Positions 27,903 through 36,476 of a stretch of 64,000 nt of DNA are shown in pieces. Origin of the DNA: an uncultured Chlamydiae bacterium (lineage in GTDB: Bacteria > Chlamydiota > Chlamydiia > Chlamydiales > JAJFMA01); the NCBI GenBank assembly GCA_963713615.1, contig CAVQMM010000001.1, positions 2,752,001-2,816,000 of the forward strand, written 5' to 3'. The position numbers were made by a program, and so were the translations under genes. Under the pieces are notes generated by a model. It did not search any database. It saw only the letters and a program-made list of their open reading frames with translations, and was not told the DNA's origin. The first letter of the stretch is position 1. The number at the start of each line of letters is the position of its first letter.

Positions 27903-28871
27903 TTAAAGAAGGATTTTGTTGGCTTCACCGGCGACTTCACGCACATACTTGGGAACAGCAAAACCAGGCAAACGAGCTGCTAGAGCCTTGATGAGCTGCT
28001 TACCCTTCTCCTCACTCACCTTAAAGTGGGTGGTCCCTCGAGCTTGATCCAACTGATGCAAGTAATAGGGAACTACACCATTGTTCACCAAGCGTTCACA
28101 AAGAGCCGCAAGGACTTCCACATCATCGTTTACGCCGCGCAACAAAACCGATTGATTGAGCAGTCCAATACCTTGTTTATGCAAACGTCTTAGCGCTTCG
28201 ACAACATCATCGTCCAGTTCGGCAGGGTGGTTCGCGTGGATGACAATCCAGATCATCAGCCGGGAGTGGTCAAACACCTTCAAAAAATGATCGTCGATGC
28301 GCTCTGGAATGCCAATCGGAAAACGCGTATGAAAGCGCACGCGTTGAACATGCGGAATGGCGGCAATCTCACGCATCAAAGAGGTGAGATGTGTATCTGA
28401 CAGTGACAGAGGGTCACCCCCACTCAAAATGACCTCATGAATGGTCGGATCGGATTGAATAACCTCCAGTTCTTCATGAAAGAGCTTATCCTTTACCGCA
28501 TAATCGAAGTGTTGCCTAAAGCAATAGCGGCAATGCATCGCACAGGCGCTCGTGCATAGCAGTAAGGCTCGACCTCGATACTTATGTAGTAGCTTGGGAG
28601 CTTTGCGGCTGGCTACATCTCCAACTGGATCACAGCCAAAGCCCGGCTGCGTGACCGCTTCAGCGGCCGTGGGAACAAATTGGAGCAGGATCGGATCGTC
28701 GAGAGTTCCCTTAGCGATCTTTTCCGCCAACCGACGTGGCAGGTTTAGCGGAAAATGCTTCGAGGGAATAATCTCAAGCCGTTGCTTTGAGTCGAGTTCC
28801 AAAAAATCGGCAAGCTTAATCCAATCGGTAAAATTGAGGCGGAGGATATCCCTCCATGGAGCACGGTACAT
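27903..28871 (-). CDS. epmB: KamA-family radical SAM protein (EF-P beta-lysylation EpmB-like)
   Basis: HKYRGRALL, CAMHCRYCFR, ILSGGDPL, NQSVLLRGVND, PYYLHQLD. Confidence 0.85.
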   Translation of the reverse strand: MYRAPWRDILRLNFTDWIKLADFLELDSKQRLEIIPSKHFPLNLPRRLAEKIAKGTLDDPILLQFVPTAAEAVTQPGFGCDPVGDVASRKAPKLLHKYRGRALLLCTSACAMHCRYCFRQHFDYAVKDKLFHEELEVIQSDPTIHEVILSGGDPLSLSDTHLTSLMREIAAIPHVQRVRFHTRFPIGIPERIDDHFLKVFDHSRLMIWIVIHANHPAELDDDVVEALRRLHKQGIGLLNQSVLLRGVNDDVEVLAALCERLVNNGVVPYYLHQLDQARGTTHFKVSEEKGKQLIKALAARLPGFAVPKYVREVAGEANKILL

Positions 28872-28875
28872 GTGT

Positions 28876-30342
28876 CTAGCCGTTATTCCCACGAGAGGAA
28901 TTGCAGAAACCAGATAGACCAAAAGGCCCTTCCGATTCTTCTTCGCCTAGACCCAAAGGGGCTTGAACCCGCTCAATATCAGCGCCGAGAGCCTGCAGTT
29001 TAGGAACCAGCTTTTCGTAACCACGATCGAGGTATTGAACCCCAGAGATCATGCTCTCACCAGTCGCTAGCATGGCAGCCATCACATAGGCAAAGCCTGC
29101 GCGCAAGTCTGGTATCGTAATATTGCGGCTGGCCAGGGGCGTAGGACCCTTGACGACGATGCTATGTAAGTGCCCTTGCGACGCAAAACGACAGGCTTTA
29201 CCGCCCAGGCACTGCCGAAACAGCGAAATATCTGCCCCCATCTCCACCAATGTCTGGCAATAACCAAAACGATTTTCGTACACTGTCTCATGAACGACAG
29301 AGGCTCCAGAAGCTTGAGTCAATAAGACAACAAAGGGTTGCTGCCAATCGGTCATAAACCCTGGATGCACGTCTGTCTCTATGTGCGATCCACCCTGCGT
29401 AGGACCATCGTAGAAAAATTCGATGCCATTGCCCTTTACATTGTAGCCACCGCCAACTTCTCTGACCCTATTCAAAAAGGTGATCATGTTGGGATGCTGA
29501 GCACCTTCGACAAAAACGCGTCCTTTAGAAGCTATAGCCGCCATACCGAAAGAAGCTGCAACTAGCCTGTCAGGGACTACAGTATGCTCGACCTCATAAA
29601 AACGCCTTGTGCCCTGAATGTGGATGGTCCGATCAACATCCAAAGTAATGACAGCACCTAGCTTTTGTAGGAAGAGGATCAAATCCACAATCTCAGGCTC
29701 GATAGCAGCATTCTTGATGACCGTTGTTCCACGCGCTGTGATGCTGGCTAAGATCGTGTTTTCAGTAGCGCCTACAGAAGGATACGGCAGTTCAATGACA
29801 GCGCCTCTCAGACCATGGTGCGCGCTAGCAAAATAGGCACCTTCCCGACGCATATCGCGATATTCTATCTTGGCCCCTAATAGCTCCAATGCATGAATAT
29901 GGAAATCTACAGCACGCCGCCCGATGCGGCATCCTCCGACGGTGGGAACGATAATATCGTCTCCAGTGCGTCCTAAGAGAGCTCCGATCATTAGGATCGG
30001 GATGCGATTAGAACCTGAAAAGCTCTGTGGGATATAGGAGGTCTTGATTTCGCGAGTAATGATCTCTATGACACCAGCTTCACGGTCCCACTGCACTTCT
30101 GCGCCGATCTCTTTGCAAAGCGCGACAGTGATCTCTACATCACGAATATCAGGAACGTTATCGAACACACAACGCTTGTCAGATAGCAAGGATGCTACGA
30201 GGAGTTTGGTGACCGCGTTCTTGGCACCTGGCGTGCAGACAGACCCCTTCAGCTGTGCCCCACCGCATACTTTAAGAACCTCACGAGTCGTCTTGCGTGG
30301 TGTAGATAGATTGTCGATACGATTTTTGTCTTGTGTGAGCAC
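28876..30342 (-). CDS. murA: UDP-N-acetylglucosamine 1-carboxyvinyltransferase
   Basis: GAKNA, GGCRIGRR, SVGATEN, HPGFMTD, YENRF, DLRAG, DRGYE. Confidence 0.95.
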   Translation of the reverse strand: MLTQDKNRIDNLSTPRKTTREVLKVCGGAQLKGSVCTPGAKNAVTKLLVASLLSDKRCVFDNVPDIRDVEITVALCKEIGAEVQWDREAGVIEIITREIKTSYIPQSFSGSNRIPILMIGALLGRTGDDIIVPTVGGCRIGRRAVDFHIHALELLGAKIEYRDMRREGAYFASAHHGLRGAVIELPYPSVGATENTILASITARGTTVIKNAAIEPEIVDLILFLQKLGAVITLDVDRTIHIQGTRRFYEVEHTVVPDRLVAASFGMAAIASKGRVFVEGAQHPNMITFLNRVREVGGGYNVKGNGIEFFYDGPTQGGSHIETDVHPGFMTDWQQPFVVLLTQASGASVVHETVYENRFGYCQTLVEMGADISLFRQCLGGKACRFASQGHLHSIVVKGPTPLASRNITIPDLRAGFAYVMAAMLATGESMISGVQYLDRGYEKLVPKLQALGADIERVQAPLGLGEEESEGPFGLSGFCNSSRGNNG

Positions 30343-30720
30343 TTAATTTCCTCCACTCGGCTAAGCACGCATACTAGCATAGGGTCTGTGAAAAAAACAG
30401 AAAAATTCTAAGGAAGAGCGAGCTGAGAAAGAAGAGAAGGAGCTGGAGGGGAAAGGAGAGGAGAGGACTAAGAATTTTACCAACGAGATCCCGAGACACA
30501 GAGGTAGGAAAGAGAAAGCAACGTTTGGCTTTTATCTCACATGTACAACCTGCGAAGTCGGGCAATCGTCGTTCCTAGACCGTGACACTCCCTGAACTAT
30601 TCAGTAGGTTGAAATAATTGTACCCGTAGGGATAACGATAATATTTTATGACCTCATTTATATTGTTATAATTTAAACTAATATTTATACTTAAAATATA
30701 TAACAAACGGAGTCACTATT

Positions 30721-32169
30721 TTGAGTAAAATAATAAGTTTTATAGCTCTATCGCTTCTCCTCGTTTTTAGCAATAATCTCTGTGCATTTTCCTTCCCTTC
30801 ATTTATCCCTCATGAATGGAGACATCAGGAAAGAATGAAAAAAATTGACCAGTGCAACGGATCTCATCAATGTCTCGTCGACATGTATAAGGTTGTTGCT
30901 CTAAGCGGAGATGTCGTAGCCTTGCGTGAATTAGTCGCTAAGGGTTTGGATCTCAACCAACGTTTTTTTGCAGGCTACAGTGAATGGAGCGAGACCCCAA
31001 GCGTAGCATATCCGCCTCTTTATTACTATCTCGATGGATATGGGTACTTTGGTAAAGATCACGCTCAAGAAGCAGCTAAGGCATTTTCTCCAAAGTTTCT
31101 TGAAGAGCTAATTATTCTTGGAGCTGATGTTCAGGAACGTCCGACATTGTCTCATATATCTTATATGACCAAGGACATTCCAAATGATTCGCCTCTTATG
31201 ATAGCAATTAAATCTGGCAATATTGAGGCAATTAATATACTTCTCGCGCATGGTGGTCTTTTTGAAAAAAACGGTTCTGAAGCAGATAATGACGGTCGTA
31301 CTGCCCTTATGAAGACTCTTGAGGATTTACGCATCAACGAAAACAAATTCTGGAATAAAGGCAAATTTAATGAAAAACTTGTTGAACAAATAGTTGAACT
31401 TCTTGTTAATGCAGGGGCCAATGTGAATCATGTGAGTATATCTGGAGAGACTCCCCTGATGATGGCAGCAAGACAGCACTTAATTGGGGTGATAAACTTC
31501 TTATTTGAAAATGGTGCCATACAAAGCATCAACCAAAACTCCTTGCAGGGAACAGCTCTTATTCAGGCAATTCAAACCGTGAACCGACCGATCAGCGCTA
31601 TTAGAACTTTACCTGTAGTCCAATTGTTAATTGAGAAAGGAGCTGATATTAATATTCCCAATCCATATTCAAATCAAACACCCCTAGATTATGCGAGGCA
31701 TTTCCATGATTACCCAGAGGATCAGCGCTTGATCAACTTTTTAACGGAACTTGGAGCAAAGAGTTCAAAAGACAAAGACTTTCACTACGAACACGAAAAA
31801 GGTTACTGGGAATATTTCAAAGACGACAACAAAGACAATTATTCTGACGACAACAGCTATTCTGACAATAATAGACAGTCAAGCAACAATAACCCATCAA
31901 ACAATGAAAAACCAGACATGACACAGTGTCCAGTTTTCGAAACGGCAGGATTGACTTCGGCACAAAAACTGTGGTTTATTGACTGCATCATAAATCACAA
32001 TAACCCTTCTGAACGTTTCCCAGGATCGTCGGAACCTGGGCAATGGATTACGACCAAAGAGTTCTATCGTCTCGCACGTCTTTTTCATCCCGATAAGGGA
32101 GGGAAGGGTTGTGAATCTCTTATGAAGTGTCTCAACGAAGCAAGGGATCTATCGAAAAAAGGATCCTAG
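30721..32169 (+). CDS. signal-peptide ankyrin-repeat protein with C-terminal J-domain-like module
   Basis: Ankyrin units (DSPLMIAI, GRTALM, GETPLMMAA, GTALIQAI, QTPLDYA); D/N-rich linker; YRLARLFHPDKGG...KCLNEARDL. Confidence 0.8.
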   Translation: MSKIISFIALSLLLVFSNNLCAFSFPSFIPHEWRHQERMKKIDQCNGSHQCLVDMYKVVALSGDVVALRELVAKGLDLNQRFFAGYSEWSETPSVAYPPLYYYLDGYGYFGKDHAQEAAKAFSPKFLEELIILGADVQERPTLSHISYMTKDIPNDSPLMIAIKSGNIEAINILLAHGGLFEKNGSEADNDGRTALMKTLEDLRINENKFWNKGKFNEKLVEQIVELLVNAGANVNHVSISGETPLMMAARQHLIGVINFLFENGAIQSINQNSLQGTALIQAIQTVNRPISAIRTLPVVQLLIEKGADINIPNPYSNQTPLDYARHFHDYPEDQRLINFLTELGAKSSKDKDFHYEHEKGYWEYFKDDNKDNYSDDNSYSDNNRQSSNNNPSNNEKPDMTQCPVFETAGLTSAQKLWFIDCIINHNNPSERFPGSSEPGQWITTKEFYRLARLFHPDKGGKGCESLMKCLNEARDLSKKGS

Positions 32170-32231
32170 GCACATGTATATACCCGGCAACAGAAAATCC
32201 GAGAGGAAGAGAGAGGACGGATAAAGATTGC

Positions 32232-33011
32232 TCACGAAATGAGACTCGCAATAGAATGTCGCAATTTGCTCCAAAATGTTGCGGGCTCATAACGCAGAAA
32301 GACGAGCTGATCCCTATTTGGTATGCGCTTAGAATACCTTAAACGTTGATATCGAAGCTCTACCAGCATATCCTTAGTGGGTTCCCAAGCCTTGACGTCA
32401 TCAGCAGCTTTCTCCAACAAACCACTTAAGAGGGCTTTTTCTTCAGCCTTAATGGGGCCATGAAAGAAAAATCTGAGTTGGATTTTGGTATTAGTCTGCA
32501 TAATGGCAACGGCGCGCAGAGCTGGCGGTACCCGCTCAACAAGCGCATCCTGAGTAATCAGCCTTACACCTAAGAGTATGTCTTCAGAGGTAAGCTCTTT
32601 TAATGATTTTAGAAGGTATTGGTGAGAAGCAACAATCTCCCTAGGAAACTGATCAGGATCGTCCAAAGAAGCCCAATATTTAGCTTCCTCTTCATCGCGA
32701 GGAACAGAGGATTCGTACCGCATGTACACACACGCTCCTAAATGAGGCGGTGAATACGGAACATCGACCCTAATAGCATCATAGATGACTTCAATATGCT
32801 CACCATCATCGTGTTTTATGTCATTCAAGAGAGATGCCATCGCTTCTTCATACAAACTGCGATCTAATCCTTCAAGAATTCCGTGATGATAAAAATATAC
32901 CAACGCAACACGCTCGAACACTTGAACAAACACGGCACGAAGATCAGGCCAAATACGCCCTATCAATGCGGTCTGAACGGAAAGCCTGAGCTTAGCTAGA
33001 GACAGCGTCAT
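32232..33011 (-). CDS. putative immunity protein, two tandem copies of one domain
   Basis: LSVQTALIGRIWPDLRAV...YMRYE and ITQDALVERVPPALRAV...FLRYE; start placed at MTLSLAKL; downstream of the toxin. Confidence 0.6.
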   Translation of the reverse strand: MTLSLAKLRLSVQTALIGRIWPDLRAVFVQVFERVALVYFYHHGILEGLDRSLYEEAMASLLNDIKHDDGEHIEVIYDAIRVDVPYSPPHLGACVYMRYESSVPRDEEEAKYWASLDDPDQFPREIVASHQYLLKSLKELTSEDILLGVRLITQDALVERVPPALRAVAIMQTNTKIQLRFFFHGPIKAEEKALLSGLLEKAADDVKAWEPTKDMLVELRYQRLRYSKRIPNRDQLVFLRYEPATFWSKLRHSIASLIS

Positions 33012-33715
33012 TCTGGCTACCCCCTGAAAGTGTTTCAGGATTGGGCTCATAGCGAAAATAGACCGCTCGGTAAGTTTTGGGCAACCACTCAGGATAGTCT
33101 AGCCTGATTAACGTCGGTACAATGGCTAGTCCCTTGGAAGGAGACCACGATGCCATCTCGATCGTCAATTCGGCGATTGTTTTATCTACAAGCGATTGTT
33201 CATTGCGCTGAATAAGGCCATCGAAATAAAAGTATACAGTAAGCGTACCATTTGCTACCTCAAAGGCTACCCTGCGAAGGTTTGGGGGTACATGGCCTTG
33301 CAACGCAAAACCGATGAGCATGTCAAGGTCTGCTTCCAAATATTTCCCTTTGGGATCTAGTTCTAAACACCTTTTAAGGTATTCACGGTCCAGAGTCTTG
33401 GAATAGGCTATGGGTTCATGCCTAAAGAAGACACAACACCCCAACTGCGGAGGCCTCTTGGGGAAAGTCTACGCGAACAGTGACAGAACTACAAATATTC
33501 CACCTTCCCCGGTCAAAACCGCAATCCGCGAGGATTTCAGTGAGGATGTCGGCTGCAAGTTCCTTACCAAGCTCATCGATAGGTCCGTGATAGTAATATC
33601 CCACGTCGAAGGAGTTTTCAATACAATCAACATAGACAGCACGTAATGCAGGCCAAACATGTCCTAAGAGCGCTGTTTGAGCGGATAGACTGAGGTATCG
33701 TACAGATAAGGCCAT
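32992..33715 (-). pseudogene. putative two-domain immunity protein split by a +1 frameshift (ORFs 33422-33715 and 32992-33444)
   Basis: Removing one C from TTT CCCC AAG (33460-33463) gives VRVDFPKRPPQLGCCVFFRHE, matching the paralog IRVDVPYSPPHLGACVYMRYE; start overlaps the toxin stop (TAATG). Confidence 0.65.
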
Positions 33716-35244
33716 TATTTTCTGAACTCAAAAAGAATAGGCACGATGTGTACTCCCTTTTTTGAATAGTGTATCTCGCCGATAGTTGTTGCGGTTTTTG
33801 CTTTTGTCTCGCGGTCCACAGCATAGCCAATCATCTCTCCAAAGTCTACAGCCTCTCGATAACCTGGCTCACCAAATTTATTTTTGTTTCTTGTTGGCAC
33901 TCCTTTGCCCCCATACTTGTCTACTAGCCCTTGTGCATCTGGATGTGTTAAGATGCTCCGCTTAGCGTCATAGTTATGAGCGCTTGGGACATGCTTATTT
34001 TGTTTGTCCCACTCAATTTTGAAGCGGCTAATTGTCTGCTCTCGAGATGCAAGATGCTTGGCTGATTCGGCGATGATTTTTTCGGCATTAGCTTCAGAGA
34101 CCCTCATGGTGTCAAGGAGAACTTCACGGTTAGCATTGCGCAGCTTGCTTAGATAGGTTCCCCCCTTGATGCTAACCTCTGCCGCTAGTAAATCAATGCC
34201 ATATTTGCCCAGGGCATATCCAAAAAGCTCAGCACGCTCGCTATCTGAAAGAGTTTCGTAGTGGTCAGCCAGCATGCGTAGTTCTACGATACAATCATCC
34301 AGCATGGCTTCGTCTACAGACTGCATGAACAGAACGGTTTGCACCATAGCATCGTGGCTACAGTTGATAAAATTATTCAGTGAGGCGCCAGGATCTTGGG
34401 CACAAGTCCACAATGCAGTGCCAATACCTCTTAGGGTATTCCACAGGCAAGGAATGATCTCCTTAACTGAATCAACGGCACCTGAAGTCAAACTACTAAG
34501 AAATGTATCGGCAAATTCGGTCGAGGTTTTGAGCTTTACTGTAGCTAGTTGTTTTCGAATCCCTGAGCTGTCATAGTCGCTCAAAGCCGCTTCATAATCT
34601 CCTGATTCAAAATGGGCTACTGCCCTTTGGAAATAGGCCTGCTTATTTTGGGGATTTTTTTGAATGAGATCGGAAAGAACGTCAATAGCCACGTCATACT
34701 TCAAAACCTGAATGAGAGCCTCTCCTTGTGCACATTGCATGTCCGGTGTGAAAGCCTTAGGTGATCCACCATGACCTATAAAGGACTCAAGGTTAGCGAC
34801 GCATCCTTCATAGTTTCCCTTATCAAAGCAGATGCGTCCTCTTTCATAGTAAGCGCTGAGATGACCATGTTTAGCCGCACAATCGGTGTAAATTTCAGAA
34901 AAAATTTGGGAGGTCTCCTGCCATCCACTGAGGAGGATATTGACACCTGGGGGATCGCATCTGTCCAAGCATTCTCTAAAGACATTGGATAGATCGGTAT
35001 AGGTGTTTTTATAGAGCACCTGCTTTTCTGCTAACTCCCAGACTGAGCTGACATAAGTGGTTCTAAAGAGACGTCCACCAGCGCAGTGTGCATCATAAAT
35101 ACTACAGGCTGCACAACTCTGAGCTTTGCGGATGTCGTTGCCATGCTGGGTACAAAAACGAGTCGTAGCAGCATAACCCAGTCCAAAACAACACGTTGCA
35201 AAAAAGAATGCTAATAGAACAATCCGTTTCATCTTGCTTCTCAT
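33715..35244 (-). CDS. polymorphic toxin: signal peptide + Cys-rich region + TPR + helical linker + Ntox50-like RNase toxin
   Basis: GAGG RBS before MRSKMKRIVLLAFFFATCC; TPRs (AYYERG, AYFQRAVAHFESGDYEAALSDY); C-terminal KQNKH...E.VDFG..IG...T..GEIHYSKKGVHIVP. Confidence 0.8.
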   Translation of the reverse strand: MRSKMKRIVLLAFFFATCCFGLGYAATTRFCTQHGNDIRKAQSCAACSIYDAHCAGGRLFRTTYVSSVWELAEKQVLYKNTYTDLSNVFRECLDRCDPPGVNILLSGWQETSQIFSEIYTDCAAKHGHLSAYYERGRICFDKGNYEGCVANLESFIGHGGSPKAFTPDMQCAQGEALIQVLKYDVAIDVLSDLIQKNPQNKQAYFQRAVAHFESGDYEAALSDYDSSGIRKQLATVKLKTSTEFADTFLSSLTSGAVDSVKEIIPCLWNTLRGIGTALWTCAQDPGASLNNFINCSHDAMVQTVLFMQSVDEAMLDDCIVELRMLADHYETLSDSERAELFGYALGKYGIDLLAAEVSIKGGTYLSKLRNANREVLLDTMRVSEANAEKIIAESAKHLASREQTISRFKIEWDKQNKHVPSAHNYDAKRSILTHPDAQGLVDKYGGKGVPTRNKNKFGEPGYREAVDFGEMIGYAVDRETKAKTATTIGEIHYSKKGVHIVPILFEFRK

Positions 35245-35470
35245 GTTATTCCTCTCAGATCGCAATCTGGTTCTAACATTTGCCATAGACTGTAAACTCT
35301 TTTCTGAGATTCGTGCAAAGATAAAATTGGATTTTATTCGTAAGAGACTTCCCCTTCCCCGTTTATGAGCTTCTTTCTCACACGATCCCACATAATCTCA
35401 CATAGGCCTGATGTGAGAAAAAGGTTTTGTACGGCAAGCACTACATTCTCTCCCCTCTCCTCCTTCTCAT

Positions 35471-35908
35471 CAGGGCGATCGCATCTAAATTTTTGACTAG
35501 GTATTATATCTCCTCGCCATCCATACTATAGAGGAGATAACAATGTCAGCAGCAGAGCGTCTTAAGATTGTTTTTCAGGTTCATCCGGTTTTGTAGGCCT
35601 TAGGTGAGAGGAAAGAAATAGGATTTACCACAGAGAGCACCGAGACGCAGAGATCGGAGAGAGAGGAAGGGAAGAACATGACCTATTAAGATCAAAAAAA
35701 CGATCTCTTCTTTCCTCTCTCTCCGATCTCTGCGTCTCGGCGCTCTCTGTGGTAAAATCCTAAATCCTCTCCCTGCTAACTTCTGCCTTTGTAGTCAAGT
35801 CCTACAAAACCAAATGATCCGTTTTTCAGCAAGCAGAACAAGATGAAAATGTCGGCTGAGTTCCTGTTTCGACTCGTTAGTCAAGGAAATTAAGATGCGA
35901 TCGCCCTG
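35471..35908 (+). mobile_element. internally deleted ISAs1-like element with 10-bp TSD
   Basis: TIRs cagggcgatcgcatct / agatgcgatcgccctg; tccttctcat at 35461-35470 and 35909-35918; residual RBS+ATG and a transposase-like 3' end. Confidence 0.8.
35578..35820. mobile_element. MITE with 20-bp TIRs and 8-bp TSD, nested in the ISAs1 remnant and containing a REP-like hairpin
   Basis: ggttcatccggttttgtagg / cctacaaaaccaaatgatcc; gtttttca at 35570-35577 and 35821-35828; accacagag...ctctgtggt hairpin at 35620-35770. Confidence 0.8.
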
Positions 35909-35990
35909 TCCTTCTCATCCCCCTCTGTGGTAAAAATTCCGCGCTTATGACACAATCATCAAGCAAAAATGAATTCGCGAGGAACAGGTC

Positions 35991-36476
35991 ATGTCAAAAG
36001 TCCGAACTGGAATGGGTCAGGATAGTCATCGTTTTCTACCACCTGAAAGCTCAAAGCCTTGCGTGATCGCGGGTTTGATTTTCGAAGATGTGCCTGGCTT
36101 CAACGCAAATTCCGATGGCGATGTGGTCTTTCACGCTATCTGCAATGCGATTACGTCCTTGACGCATGTTCTTATCCTAGGCGGCATCGCGGACGATCTG
36201 TGCCTTAAGGATGGCATCACCGATAGTGAAGTCTATCTCCGTAAGGCCGCAGAGACCCTCGGCAGACAACAAATTACTCATATAGCGGTTTCAATAGAAG
36301 CCAAGAAGCCAGCGTTCAAGAAACGTCTGACGCAGATGCGTGAAAACATCGCGCGTGTTCTTAATCTGCAAGTTGAGCAGGTGGGTATCACCGCAACGAC
36401 AGGCGAAGGCCTGACAGACTTTGGGTGCGGCGATGGGGTGCAGTGCTTTGCTATCGTGACAACGGTAGAGAACTAA
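35991..36476 (+). CDS. ispF: 2-C-methyl-D-erythritol 2,4-cyclodiphosphate synthase
   Basis: RTGMGQDSHRF, NSDGDVVFHAICNA, GITATTGEGL. Confidence 0.92.
   Translation: MSKVRTGMGQDSHRFLPPESSKPCVIAGLIFEDVPGFNANSDGDVVFHAICNAITSLTHVLILGGIADDLCLKDGITDSEVYLRKAAETLGRQQITHIAVSIEAKKPAFKKRLTQMRENIARVLNLQVEQVGITATTGEGLTDFGCGDGVQCFAIVTTVEN

Noticed and set aside
35245..35391. N-terminal extension of the toxin ORF
   Set aside because: The RBS and signal peptide indicate a start at 35244 (or 35232)
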